Shown: piece after piece, positions 1 to 12,725 of the stretch | Position numbering within the stretch: position 1 is the first letter of the stretch | How the letters are laid out: each line of letters opens with the position of its first letter | NCBI GenBank assembly: GCA_013239625.1 | Contig: MU053645.1 | Coordinates: forward strand, 682,001-734,970 | Direction: 5' to 3' | From: Lama guanicoe | Lineage: Eukaryota | DNA: 52,970 nucleotides | Translations under genes and position numbers: made by a program | The notes under the pieces: model-generated | Told to the model about the DNA's origin: nothing | Databases searched by the model: none | Seen by the model: the letters and a program-made list of their open reading frames with translations, nothing else

Positions 1-1194
1 GAAAAGTTCCTCCTTTCTTACATTAATTTGGTGGCATTTGAATGGTGAGAATTAAAACCCTACAAATCCCAATGTTGGTTTAGTCCTGACTTTTCAGCTG
101 GAACTCATCCTGAACAAAGTAAATAACTAGTTCAGTGCTGTAAATCAAATTGACTATTACCTAAATAAAATGTTTTGTTTTTGTTTTTGTTTTTATGACT
201 GATAACCTTCCTGATTCCACAAGATATTTGCTGGAGAGTTGGCATTTTAGTGAGATAACAGACCTGTGTATTCAAAATATTTTCCTACATTGATGACACT
301 GTACGGTCATTTATTGTTGAGGATAAAACCTGTTGTCTCTTAGGAGTAGAGTTTGAAAAAATTCCTACCCCTTCAGGCTGTGAGGAGGAAAAAAAAGCTA
401 GACTCCCACGTGGTCTATTATAGAGAAAAGTTGTAAAATATGTCTTAAAACTTTATTATCTACTTTAATTGAGAGAATTATATAATTCCATCAATCTCCT
501 GCATGAGAAAACGTATTAGTTTGGAGTAAAAACAGTGCCTTTCCCTTTTAAATTAAATGGAACTCTTGAACAGAAGCTGTGAGTTTTATCACACTGAATT
601 ATGAAGCAAAAAGCACCCAACCCCTTCACATTTTCAAGGATTCCAGCAAAGACTGGAGAATGATGAAAATGCTACAGCAGGGGAACGATTCTGTTTCACA
701 TTTGCTAAAGCAAAGAAGACAAGGATATGTGTTAATTGTAAGCTGAAAAGCTTTAAAGACATTCTGAAGATCAATGAGAATCTTACGTAATTGTTTTTGA
801 ACAGATGATTATGTGTCTGGTGATAAAGGAATTCAGTAAATGACATTATTGTTTAGCAGTCAGTAGAGTAATTACATACTCAGTAAAGGCCTGAAGTGTT
901 CAAAGTGCAAAAGAGCGGATGGATTCCATATAAAAGAGAGTCCCATGTGGAGGGTGGCAAACTTTATTCCAGAAGATTTAGACTGCTACATTCAAGTATC
1001 TCAAAAGCCAAGGTAGGGTTCTATATGAGGAAAGATCTTCCAGGGATCTTAAAGAGTCATGTAACCTATTTATCTTGCTTCTACGTAGAACTACAGTAAA
1101 GCACTCAGTAGGAAGTGAAAAAATTCATGGAAATTATTTCTCCAACTTCCCTTGGAGATCTATCAAGGAATGAGACCAGAGGGATGGTTTAAAG

Positions 1195-1759
1195 CACAGC
1201 TTAGTGGTTTAAAACAATACAAGTTGATAATATCATAGTTTCCATGGATCAAGAGTCCAGGTACAACTTAGTTAGATCCACTGCTCCCAGGTCTCACCAG
1301 GGTGCAGTCCGGGCGTGGCTGGGGCTGCAGTCCCATCAGAGTCTGACCAAGGAAATACCTCTTTCCAAGTTAATCTGTTTATTGTTGGAACAGCTTATTC
1401 TCATGTGTCTATAGTACTCAAGTCCCATTTCCTTGATGGCTATCATTCAAGGGCCACTCTCTGCTTCTAGAAGTAGCAAGCTATTCCTTACCACGTGGTT
1501 CTTCTCTGTAGGCCCTCTCAAAACACGGCCACTTCTGCAAAGCTAGCAACGGAGAGTCTCCTACGGTAGTTTGCAAAGACGGAATCTTATATAACAATGT
1601 GTTATACAACCACAGTGTCATTCCATCACCTTTGCTATATTCTGTTGGTTAGAAGTAAGTTGCAAGCGTGACCACACTCAGGCGAATGGGGTTACACAGT
1701 GATGTGAGCATTTGGCTGTGGGAAATCATTGGGGGTTACCTCAGGATCTGTCTGCCACA
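1195..1759 (-). mobile_element. MaLR solo LTR, MLT1E/F-like
   Basis: Reverse complement starts tgtggcagacagatcctgaggtaacccccaatgat and includes acttctaaccaacagaatatagcaaaggtgatggaatgac, which resembles MLT1 LTR consensus. The other end is degraded. Confidence 0.75.
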
Positions 1760-1809
1760 GAGAGGACAAAATTTCTCTCCTGTCTCTCCTGAACCTCTAG
1801 CTAGTTTTT

Positions 1810-2105
1810 ATCTTACAGGAACTACATATTGAACAACTGATCATTTCCTGGGTTCTTTCAATTGTTTCTAGAAATATCAGAGCTAAATGTGACCTTCCCC
1901 TAGCTAACTGTGCAGAATCTTACCGCATACAGTTTAGGCAGTTTTACCCTAATATTATCATATATTATTCCTCCTCCTGTTGTTATTTACTCCTAATTTC
2001 CTCTCTTGCTTTTTATCTTGTGTATTACATACATGGCTGTGTAGCTTGTTTCAACTACTTTTGGCATAGGCAAGACATAAATATGTACATAAATAAATAA
2101 TTGAA
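1810..2105 (+). mobile_element. Very old LINE 3' end, L4/RTE-X-like
   Basis: Ends tgtagcttgtttcaactacttttggcataggcaagacataaat...aaataaataa. Similar in layout to 41920-42215. Confidence 0.35.
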
Positions 2106-2774
2106 TAAATGCACCAATCAATCCTCCCTAGGAAGCCACTTTCAGGTTTACTCACCTTAATATCAAGTTCACACTTGTCTCTAGGACCACGTTACTCATG
2201 CAGATGACTCAAAACATATCAGTAAAGCTAGGTTTTTAGAGTTCTTTTTCCCTTACATCAAAACACTTTTTTTGGCTTGAAAATAAAATGGAGATTAATT
2301 CCATTCTGAAACTGCTCAATTCAACCTTTTTTTTTGTTTTTCTAAATTCCTCACCTGTTGACTGAGTACAATCACCCTCCTGCCTCCTACCACCCTCAAA
2401 CAATTCTCATGTCACCAGGGGCCACATTCTCTCTTGACTGATTTTCTAATTCGTACCTACTTCCTAAAGGGAAAGGGAAAGAACTTGGCCCTCAGAAGGC
2501 TATTCCATAGCTCCTTATAAGAGCCCCGCATGGGACTGCTAAAGATAGTCATTAAATAGCCCATCTCGTTTATTTCTTCTTGATGAGTTGGCTCCAAACA
2601 CTTTAATCTTTTCCCATTGGTCCCTTTTCATCTTACGCCAAATCTGCTCTAGAGAGAAATACATAGCCAACTTTGGGAAAGGGCTTTTAAATCTTTTATA
2701 TCACTGGTGAGTCATTTGGCAAAATATTATAATAACATCTCATTAATTGTATTTTGGTGTTGCTCTAACACACC

Positions 2775-3195
2775 AGGAGAGCCACTGCCTCCAGGCCTTC
2801 ACATTTATTGTTCCCTCTGCTTGTAACGCTCTTCCTCAGCATATCTGCATGGCTCATTTCTCTCTTCCTTCAGATCTCCGTTTACCTATCATCTCATCAA
2901 AAAGACTCTCCTGGCCACTCAATCTAAAATATCAACCCTCTCTCCAACCCTCCCGTACTCCAAATCATCCTTACTAGGCTTTAATTTTTCTCCAGAACAC
3001 TGATCACCATCTTGAGATATTATATATTTAACTACTTACTTGTGACTCACTTGTCTCCCTGCTCTAGAATGTAAACTGTGAGTACAGGGAATTTTGCCTT
3101 ATGTTTTGTCATGTATAACAGTGCCTAGTACACAGTAAGGCTCAACATATATCTGATATGATAATAGCATGGATGAATGGTGGGCATGAAATGAT
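2775..3195 (+). mobile_element. L2 LINE 3' end
   Basis: ctagaatgtaaactgtgagtacagggaattttg...aacagtgcctagtacacagtaaggctcaa, followed by a degenerate (gaat)n tail. Confidence 0.85.
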
Positions 3196-3444
3196 GAATA
3201 AAGTCAATCCAATTGACATAGGCTACAGAACCTGAAACCTGAAAGAAATCAAGTAAAGATTCACTCCTTTGGGCTCACCAGTTGACGCTCTGGTCTCACA
3301 TAATATTCCTGATAGCCATTTTTTGAGAAAATTGTGGACATTTCAGTAGAGAGGCAAAGCCACTTATCCCAGATTGCTAAGGTAATCACTAAGAATCAAT
3401 GATGTGCCCAGTGATGTACAAAGTGCACAGAGATACAAACAAAG

Positions 3445-3710
3445 GCTTAAAGTGTAGTGTTTAAAGTCATGGACATTGAGAGTCAAAGAGACCTGGATTC
3501 TAATCTCAGTCTGTCACAGTCTATCCATATAATCTTGGACAAGTTTATTACACCATCTGAGTTTCAGACACTTCGTCCATAAAATAAGGACAATACTACC
3601 TTCCTTACCTTCCTCTGGTTTGTTATGAGGATAAATGCTTTAATCCACAGAGAGAGAGAGAGAGAGTGAGAAAGTTTAACACAGTCTTGGCAAATAACAA
3701 CCAGTACTAA
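3445..3710 (+). mobile_element. MIR SINE with internal (GA)n
   Basis: Core atcttggacaagtttattacaccatctgagtttcag...ataaaataaggacaatactacc...gttatgaggataaatg. Confidence 0.8.
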
Positions 3711-3879
3711 TAATATCACTACTAATAAAGAATGTATTATTATTATAAAATTATAGTCCTGAGACGTCTAGCGATCAATACAATAAAGTATGAGACTAAG
3801 AACCAGAATATCTCTTACAGATTCTCCACAACCTGCTACCACCATCTGCAGGCATATTTCTCAGTTTTCAGTCACATAA

Positions 3880-4075
3880 CATGGTAAAATAGACAGGGAA
3901 GTCTTTGGAGACAGAAGACTAGGGTTTGAGTGTCCTCAGACTTCACGGTGCTTTGGGAAATTTGCAACCGCGTTAGATTCATTTTTCTCATTTATGAAAT
4001 GGAAATAATCTCAAAGAGTTATAATAATGATTCAATAAGATGCTACATTATGAACATTCTCAGCACCTTTAAAAA
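3880..4075 (+). mobile_element. MIR SINE (degraded)
   Basis: ctttggagacagaagactagggtttgag...catttttctcatttatgaaatggaaataat. Confidence 0.6.
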
Positions 4076-4139
4076 GTACAAATTCACTGAGTCAGTTGAA
4101 TCAAAATCTGATTTATTTGCTATCTCCAGAATATAACTT

Positions 4140-4915
4140 GGCCATTCCCATACCATTCCTCACCAAGGAGTACATGTCTGTCAATTCTCCTCTATATTTA
4201 TTTAAATCCTATCCAACCTTCAAAGGCCAGTTCAAGTTATGATGCCTTGTAGTAGGTGCTCGGGTACTCTACTCAGGACAGACTCTTAAGGCCTATGCTG
4301 CTATAAATGTCAGACTAATAACCCTCAAAGCTAGACCCACACTGGGAGTTGCCCTTAACTACAAGGAGCTGCCTTTACTAAGGTTAACACTCATGTAGGG
4401 AGCGGTCCATGGCCAAAGACTGGACGATGCAAGGATTTAAAAGCCCAGGCCCCTTACCTCAATTTGGGATAACTCTGAAGGCCCACCTCAGCTCCAGACC
4501 TCTGTAAGATCTGCAGAGGCCATGTAGCAACCACATTATGGGTCAACTTCCCCGCTGTCCAAACTTGCCTTTTGCCTTTCTTATTTCCTTATAATTTCCC
4601 AACAGTACTCCAGAATAAAGCTTAGGCTTTATTTCAGAATCTGTTTCTAGGGAACCCAAACTAAGATACCCCAAGAAACCCTTTTAGACATTACAGCTTA
4701 TAAGAGGTCTTGTTCTGTGAGGTCTTACACTCATTTGTCAATGTAGTCTAGTCTGCCTTGTATGATGACCTGTATTTCCAAATATGCATTTCACATCTCC
4801 CCAGCTAGATTTCAGGTTCTTTGGGTACAAAGACAGAGTTTCATAGTTTCATACTTCCTCCATTGACATAAAGTAGGGACACATAAGTGTGACACACAGT
4901 AGGTGCTCAGTGAAG
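4140..4915 (+). mobile_element. L2 3' end interrupted by the LTR at 4248-4668
   Basis: aaatcctatccaaccttcaaaggccagttcaag before the LTR. After it, ctagatttcaggttctttggg...acacagtaggtgctcagt. Confidence 0.6.
4248..4668 (+). mobile_element. ERVL solo LTR, LTR16A-like
   Basis: Starts TGtagt. Contains ggatttaaaagcccaggccccttacctcaatttgggataactctgaagg, an AATAAA, and the end cagaatctgtttctagggaacccaaactaagata. Confidence 0.75.
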
Positions 4916-5111
4916 ATTCTGGATTTTTAAAAATGCTTTGTTAACCATAATATTTAAAAAGCAACCTGTTTTCATGATTTAAAAAAATAAGACTGAGTTT
5001 GTCAATGATGTTTGTTTTCTCCTAAATAATCACTCACAGGATACTGGCATAAAATAAATAAGACAGTGAAGGAATAATGACTGTGTAGAAACAAAACATG
5101 TGAAGTCAAAT

Positions 5112-6381
5112 GGCAATTCTAGTTCTACATTTTCGAGGAAACTTCGTATTTTTTTCCGTAATGGTTGTAGCAATTTACATTCCCACTAACAGCACACAAG
5201 CATTCCCTTTTCTCCACGCCCTCACCAACACTTATCTTTTGTCTTTGTGATAAAAGCCATCCTAAGAGATGTGAGGTGATACCTCATTGTGGTTTTGACA
5301 AAAAAGTGGTAACTATGTGAGGTGATGGGTATGTTAATTTACTTGCTTGTGGTAATCATTTCACAATGTGTATGTATATTAAATCATACATTATACATCT
5401 TTAAAAAATCATGATGTACAACCTAGACACATGAAAAAATGCTCAATATCACTAATTATCAGAGAAATGCAAATCAAAACTACAATGAAGTATCACCTCA
5501 CACCAGTCAGAATGGCCATCATTCAAAAATCCACAAATGACAAATGCTGGAGAGGCTGTGGAGAAAGGGGAACCCTCCTACACTGCTGGTGAGAATGCAG
5601 TTTGGTGCAGCCACTGTGGAAAACAGTATGGAGATTCCTCAAAAGACTAGGAATAGAGTTACCATATGACCCAGTCATCCCACTGCTGGGCATATATCCA
5701 GAAGGAACCCAACTTCAAAAAGACACCTGCACCCCAATGTTCACAGCAGCACTATTTACAATAGCCAAGACATGGAAACAGCCTAAATATCCATCCACAG
5801 ATGACTGAATAAAGAAGAGTGGTATATTTATACAATGGAATACTATTCAGCCATAAAAATGATAACATAACACCATTTGCAGCAACATGGCTGTCCCTGG
5901 AGAATGTCATTGTAAGTGAAGTAAGCCAAAAAGAGAAAGAAAAATACCATATGAGATCGCTCATATGTGGAATCTAAAAAAAAGAGAGAACTTAAATAAA
6001 AAACAGAAACAGACTCATAGACATAGAATACAAACTTGTGGTTGCCAAGGGGGAGGAGGGTAGAAAGGGACAGACTGGGAGTTCGAAATTTGTAGATACT
6101 GACAGGCATATGTAGAATAGATAAACAAGATTATACTGTATAGCACAGGGAAATATATACAAGATCTTATGGTAGCTCACGGAGAAAAAAATGTGACAGT
6201 GAATATATACATGTTCATGTATAACTGAAAAATTGTGCTCTACACTGGAAATTGACACAACATTGTAAACTGACTATAACTCAGTAAAAATGTTAAAAAA
6301 AACATGATGTACAGCCTAAATATACACAAATTTCTTTGTCAGTTGTATCTCAATAAAGCTAGAAAAATGCATTAAAAAACC
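5112..6381 (+). mobile_element. Old L1MA-like insertion with 5' inversion, split by a younger L1
   Basis: 5112-5298 is an antisense ORF2 C-terminal piece. 5299-5409 plus 6319-6381 is a sense L1MA-type 3' end (gtaactatgtgaggtgatgg...ctcaataaagctagaaaaa). Degenerate TSD caaaacatgtgaagtcaaat (5092-5111) / caaaacacgtaaggttaaat (6382-6401). Confidence 0.8.
5426..6302 (+). mobile_element. Young 5'-truncated LINE-1 (ORF2 C-terminus, 3'UTR, A-tail)
   Basis: ORF 5602-5808 [32 protein letters not shown] is the L1 ORF2 C-terminus. TSD catgatgtacaaccta (5410-5425) / catgatgtacagccta (6303-6318). Confidence 0.97.
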
Positions 6382-7094
6382 CAAAACACGTAAGGTTAAA
6401 TTAGAAAATAAATCTGGAGAAAAGCAGAGGTATCTTTCTAAAGCCTGCAAATTTACACTGGCTCAAACTGTGGTTAACAATGGTAATTACCATTTGCTTA
6501 AGTATCTGAACAACACTTCCTTCAACTATTCTCCATAGTGGTTCTAGTAGCAAGCATTTTAATATATTTATAATATATAGATATATATGTATACTATGTA
6601 TACATGCATATTATACATACACACTTTTAGAAACTGGAGATGTTATATAGGGTTCATGAACACAAAGACATCCTTGAATGAATCTGAAATATGGCTCATC
6701 AGAGAAAGCAAAAAATCATGTAGCCATTATGGCCAAATCCTGTTTTATCCTATCCTGATGGTTTTTGCAAACTTCCAGGGTTAAAACAAACAAATCCTTC
6801 AGTTTGCTTATTTCTAAACAATTTACATGAATGACAAGAGCTTTAAATGCAAAGATATCCCATGTCTACTCAGAATAGTTTGAGATAGCAATTAGTACAA
6901 TTAAGACTAATAATCTGTGCTCAATACTAAAAAGAGCAATTTTGTCCCTATAAGCATTCCCCTGAAAATAATTCAATTTAAATAACATAAAACTATTATA
7001 ATGATGATAATTATAATACTTATAGCTAATAATTATTGAATATTTACTATTCCCCAGACATCTAAAGGCATTACATGCTAACAACAACAAAACA

Positions 7095-7345
7095 ACAACA
7101 ATAATAATAGCTACTTCAATGAAGTACTCTCTGCCATGTATCTTTCTAAGCGCATTAAATGTTCTGTCTTATCTAATCCTCACCACTATCTTTGGGGTTG
7201 CTATGATCTGATTTCCATTTTCTAGGCAGAGAAAGAAAGGTTCGTAGAGGTTAAGTAACTCTTGCAAGGTCACATAGCTTGAATGGTGAAGTCAGGATTT
7301 GAACCCAGGTCTTCCTGACTTTCAAAACTATGGTCTTATTAACTG
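7095..7345 (-). mobile_element. MIR SINE
   Basis: agaggttaagtaactcttgcaaggtcacatagc...ggatttgaacccaggtcttcctgact is antisense MIR core. Confidence 0.85.
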
Positions 7346-8619
7346 TGCATGTGACCACATAGTGATGTAAACAAATATTATTTTTATAGTCTATGTGTTA
7401 TAGCTGCGAGTGCCAAAATTTGTTTTATTCTCAGCTATTCATTCTTTCACAAAATATTTACTTAGAGCCTACCATGAGCCAGGTAATAGTGTTGGGGTTA
7501 TAGTAGTGAAGATACTCTTGATTCCTCCTCCCTTTCCTTCACTCACATCATCCAATCCACTGCCAAGGCCCACTGAATTTGATATAGGATCATAAATGGG
7601 AGAGAAGAGAGCACTGACTTACACCAGAAGTGGAAAGTCAGAGAAGACTTCTTGGAGGATGGCCCTGAAGCTTGTTACGGTGCCTGAGCCTAACACGTCT
7701 TTTGGCACTGTCCTCTGCCATGTAACACGGACTGTCATTCAGAAAGTTTGCTGAAAATTAAACAATATTCTCATCATTCTGTTTCAGTTTAGTCTGGACT
7801 CAACAAATGTTGGTCTGAGCAGGGAGAACGCTTATACATAAGAGAAGTGAGTCAGGCTTGAGGCACAACCTGTAAAATATATATATTACAAATGCTAATA
7901 TTTTGTTCACCTGCCACAAAGAAAGTAAGCCATTTAGGTCAAGTGTGTTGAAAATAAAAATCAAAAGGAAGTTTCCTGCCTTATACTCTATTTTGATAAA
8001 TAATTCTGGTATTATGATACACACACAGAGGCTGAGATTCAAGCCCATTATTTGCAATATGAAGCATCTGTGGCTGATAACATCTTTATATGTTCTTGAT
8101 GTTGAAAAGAGAATCAATAAACATTGAAAATATATTTTCAATAGATAAAATTCCCCACAAAAGCAGACTGCCTTTGGATGATTAAAGTAAAATATTTGTT
8201 TTCAGTGTGAAGCTATCACCCTAACCATAGCTTCCTGTAAAGGCCACCCTGAGTCCAGTATCCAAGAAACAAACACACACACAGACACACACATGCCTAG
8301 GTACCCTAGGTCACTTTAAGATTTTTACAATTTGTATTATGTAAAATGCAGCAGAATCCCTATTTGCACAATCATGTATTACCTTGGTGAAGCTATAGAG
8401 CATTTCCCCAATTTAAACCAGGTAAGGTAGAGACGATTTATGGGGGTGGAAGGTGGGAGAGTACCTGAAACGCAAGATTATAAACAATCATTGCTAATAT
8501 CAGCCTAAAATCCTTGGATTATATAGAGTTGTGCTTCATCCTAGGTTTAGTATAAATATGCACTATAATTCTTATCCTTGCCTGCACCACATTCCTTGGC
8601 CTGCTAGGAAAAAATAGCT

Positions 8620-9850
8620 CAATCATGCATTAACCAAATATTTATCAGCACATGTTACCATAATACATGTGGTATTATAAAAAGGGCATTGCATCATAAA
8701 AGACTTCTTTGACTTTGAGGAAATTGTAATCAAATCAAGGAAATAAAATAGGTATGCAAGACTCAACAGTCTAAGAGGAAATATAGTTTGAGACTTTCAT
8801 TCTTAAGCATGTATCTACTGAGTGCCTGCTACATGCCAGAGCTAAGAGCTAGAATAGAAGGGTAAACATAATACATATGATGATCCCTGACCTCATGGTT
8901 CAGACAGCGTAGTTAGAAAGAAAATCGATTAAACAAACAATTATAATACAGTGTGGTGTGCCACAGGGCATCCAATCAAAAGTTAGGGACTCAAGGAAGG
9001 TTTCCTAGAGGAAGGGTTCCAGGCAGTGTAAACAGCATATGTGAAACTCCAGAGATGTGAGAAGCAATTAGAGTCAGCAGGCAAGAACATACAAGAATGA
9101 CAAAAATGTATTCAAGGAGTGGAAAGTTCAGTAAGACTGAAAAAAGCACGCAAACAAGAGTAGCAAGAGATAAGACTGGAGAAATGGGCAAAGCTACTAT
9201 ATCTTGTATAACATGTTGAACATTCTAGGCTTTATTTCAAAGGCTGTGGAAAACCACTGAAGGAATTTACAAAGAGGGGTACTAGACCTATAATTGGCTG
9301 CTAAGTAAAGAATGGATTGCAGGGTAAAGCAAAGAGACAGAGTGATCTGTTAAGTAGTCCAGTTAAAGGATTCAAGTAGACAATAGACAAGATGAACTTT
9401 GCAGGTAAAGATGGCAGGCTTCATGATTAATTAGATATTGGTGTAGGCAGTGGTAAGGGATGACTTCAAGGTTTCCAGCTTGAGCAGTTGGGTAGATGGT
9501 GGTGCTATTTACTGAGATGAAGAACAATAAAGGGGATACAGGCCATGGATAGTGACAGCCTGGGCAAGATACAATATGCTGATAAATGGTATAAATTTAT
9601 GGGAGCACAGAAAAGAGAAAACTACCTTCTGACATTCAGTTATTGCAAAAGAGACAGCACTTGACCTGGGTGGGATTTTAGAAGAATAGTTAGGGCAGTA
9701 AAAGAATGCAAGGCACACTCAAGGAATAGCAAATGATTATGACTGTTTAGAACATAAGGTTTATTTGGGGGCACCCTAATGATAAAGATGCAGAGGCATA
9801 CTTGGGTTTAAATACATAGAGTTCTGAATATTACGGTAAACAGTTGAAAC
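8620..9850 (-). mobile_element. Cluster of antisense L2 fragments
   Basis: tatctactgagtgcctgctacatgccag, ggaaaaccactgaaggaatt and aggtttccagcttgagcagttgggtagatggtggtgctatttactgagatg are typical antisense L2. Probably continues at about 10310-10500. Confidence 0.75.
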
Positions 9851-9859
9851 TAACATGAG

Positions 9860-9975
9860 GATTTACAGTCCAGGATTGCCACTATCAGTATGGCCTTAGG
9901 CAAGTTATTTAATCCTTCTTTCTTCATTTTTCTCATTTATGAAATGAATAGCCCCCAGACTTTTGGATTTCAAGG
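9860..9975 (+). mobile_element. MIR core fragment
   Basis: tggccttagggcaagttatttaatcc...tttttctcatttatgaaatg. Confidence 0.6.
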
Positions 9976-11279
9976 ATCAGTAAAATTTTTAAAAGGGCAA
10001 CCATGAAGCAACAAAGAGTTGACATCATTTTACCAAGTATGGACATTAAGAACAATAAACAAATACAAAACCATCACTTTATAAAATAAAGGATATTTCA
10101 AAAACAAAAGATAATTTCAAAGAATTTTTTTAAATTGATACATTTAGTTTTATGGAATGCTCATTTCACTGTCTTTATTTTTCTCTTTCCAGTGAGGATT
10201 GGTGCAAATTTCTGGCACTGGTCCAGAGACCAGAGGTTGGCAACCACTGAATTATACTCCAGGATTCATTCCAATGCTGACATTCTAGGGTTTCTATGAT
10301 TCCTAAGAGTTTATTTAACAAGCAGTAGGGAGTCATTGAAGGATTTGGGGTAGTGAAATGATATTATCAAAGTTATATTTTATGAAGTTAATATGGGAGC
10401 TTTTGGAAGAAGAAAAGTAAGCAGTCCAATCATGTGATTAACACCAAAGTCGAGGCACAAGCGAAGGCATTGACAACGGAAAATTGGAATAAATGTGTAC
10501 AGTGGCACAGATTCTGGTAGAGCTGACAGTGTGCTTTGTAAGTTAGTCCTTGATTGAAAGGGTTGGCTTTACCTCAGAAAGTCCATTTGTACCATCCTTT
10601 TGTTTAGGAAACTTCAGGAAGTTGACTCCAAAACATCATTTTTTTTTCTGGCTCAACATATCTAAACCACAATTCAGAATGTCTCTGGGAGGAAGATAGT
10701 ATATTATTCATATTGTGCTGAAAAGACCACGGAATCAATTGCTTGAATGGGGTGAATCATGCAGAGGAAGCATATGCAAATGAGTTGCTTAAAATCAGTG
10801 CCTGGAGAGGTCACAAATGAACACCAGTCCTAACATGCCATAAAATCAAAGCCACAGAACTCAAACAGAAAATCAGAGAAAATAGCCTTTTTTTATATCC
10901 TGAGCTACTTTTGCCCCAACCCTTCCCAAAGAAACTTACAAAATAGAAAGAGTGGGTCATCATATGAAATTTGATTGAAGAGTTCCTGCCCTCTAACATT
11001 TTTGAGTTAAATTTTCATACCTCTACACCTGTGGGATCTGCTAGATTCTGAGGTTTTAGAGGAAAAAAATGTATACAAGTTTAAAACTTCACGATAGTCA
11101 AGGGAACTTGTCTTTGTTTTATTTTATCTGAACTTGTTCAAATAAACTACAGAAGAGCTTCAGACCTTGAAAGGCCTGTGGACCTAGAAGATGCTCGGGT
11201 CTAAGTGTCAAAAACTAGAAATCAAAATTTCTAACTGGGTCACCATTTGGAACCTTTCTCCTTTAATTTTGATGAGCCT

Positions 11280-11465
11280 GGTGCAAAGCTTTCAAACCAG
11301 AGGGCTGTGGACCACTGCAAAGCCACAAATGGGTTACACATGGCTGAGATATTGATCTCCTCAGCCCTCAGGTTGTCAGAGCCTCCTCCCTTTATTCCAG
11401 TTTCCTGGGAAAATATTTATCATTTTCAATATGCACTACGACATGAAAAATGTGGCAGACGTTTT
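11280..11465. mobile_element. hAT-Charlie-like non-autonomous DNA transposon relic
   Basis: gctttcaaaccagagggctgtgg...gagatattgatctcctcagccctcag...tatgcactacgacatgaaaaatgtgg resembles Charlie MITE ends. Confidence 0.4.
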
Positions 11466-11544
11466 AGAGTGCTGCGACGGGGCCTGGAGGTTAGTTAACT
11501 CTTCCATTATGCTAATAGTTCTACCGTGGGAGTCTTTATGGAAG

Positions 11545-11780
11545 TAGTAATAATAATAAATCACACTTAACATAGTGCTTGCCATCATGCCAGGCAGTGT
11601 TCTAAGTATGTTTTAACTCACTTAATCCTACAACAACCCCATGAAGTACTGACTACTAATATTCTTGTTTTACAAATGGAGGAAAATGGAGAAGTTAAGG
11701 GCACTAAGTGAGTAACTGCCAGAGCTGGAATTTCAACCCAGGATATCTGGCTCCAGAGTCCTCATTTCATCTGCCTCTTG
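11545..11780 (-). mobile_element. MIR SINE
   Basis: atgccaggcagtgttctaag...ttaactcacttaatcctacaacaaccccatgaagta...ctggctccagagtcc. Confidence 0.88.
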
Positions 11781-12141
11781 TACAAAAATTTTAAAGGAAA
11801 GGCTCTCGTAGGGGGCCACTGGTCTGGCACTAGCGGTTGGTACATAAAGGCTGGAAGCCCAAAGTAGGCAACAATAAGTTCTTAGTCTAAACATATACTG
11901 AGAGTCAGAACTGGCTGTCACAAAGTTTCAGGTTTGGAATAAGGCAAGGAGAGGATATGATTCAGGTTTCAAAATGAAGGCCAAAGCCAGGGAACCTCAA
12001 GAAACCAGAAGGAGAGTACAAAATAAAAATCAAAGTTGCCAGATGAAACCAGAGTCAAACTAACAAACAGTAACAAGTATATGAAGTGGTAGAATGGCAA
12101 ATAGTTTTCATGGAAATTATTAAACCAAAGAATGTCTAGAG

Positions 12142-12376
12142 CAGTAGTTCATAACTGGAGGCAAGGCTGCCCCCCAGAGGACATATGGCAACATCTGAAG
12201 ACATTTCTGGTTGCTTAGCTTGGGGACTAGGGGTGGGAAGTTATGCTACTGGTATTTAACAGGTAGAAGCCAGGGATGATGCTGAACATCATACAATGCA
12301 CAGGACAGCTTATTCCCACCCCAACCAAGAATTACCCATCTCAAAATGTCAAGGGTACCATTATTGAGAATGGCAT
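12142..12376 (+). mobile_element. MER20 (hAT-Charlie MITE)
   Basis: cagtagttcataactggagg...gcccccc agaggacatatggcaacatctgaagacatttctggttg...ggtagaagccagggatgatgctgaacatcatacaatgcacaggacagc...caaaatgtcaa. Confidence 0.88.
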
Positions 12377-12499
12377 AGAGGCTTCTGCTTGATTTTCTGA
12401 CCAACCCTGACCATGCAGCCCCTATAGGCAATGTTCACCAAGGATGATGATGATGGTGATGACAAAAAAAAAAAACGAATTAAAATACCCCAACAAAAA

Positions 12500-12725
12500 T
12501 AAAAGCAGAATCTACCATTTTGAGTGTTTACTAGATGCTATGCAAAGCTCTGTATTACATATCTTGCTTATTCCTCAAAGCAAACCTATGAAATAGGTGC
12601 TATTATGAGCCCAACTTTACGTTTGTGGACACTGAGGCTCGGAGAAGTACCTTGCCCAGGATCACATAAATAGTGAGTGACCCAATCAGGACTCACATCC
12701 AACTCTGTCTGACCCCAGACAACAT
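12500..12725 (-). mobile_element. MIR SINE
   Basis: aaacctatgaaataggtgctattatgagccc...acactgaggctcggagaagtaccttgcccaggatcaca. Confidence 0.85.

Noticed and set aside
11780..12120. Purine-rich tract resembling a very old LTR
   Set aside because: No termini or diagnostic motif I can assign with confidence.
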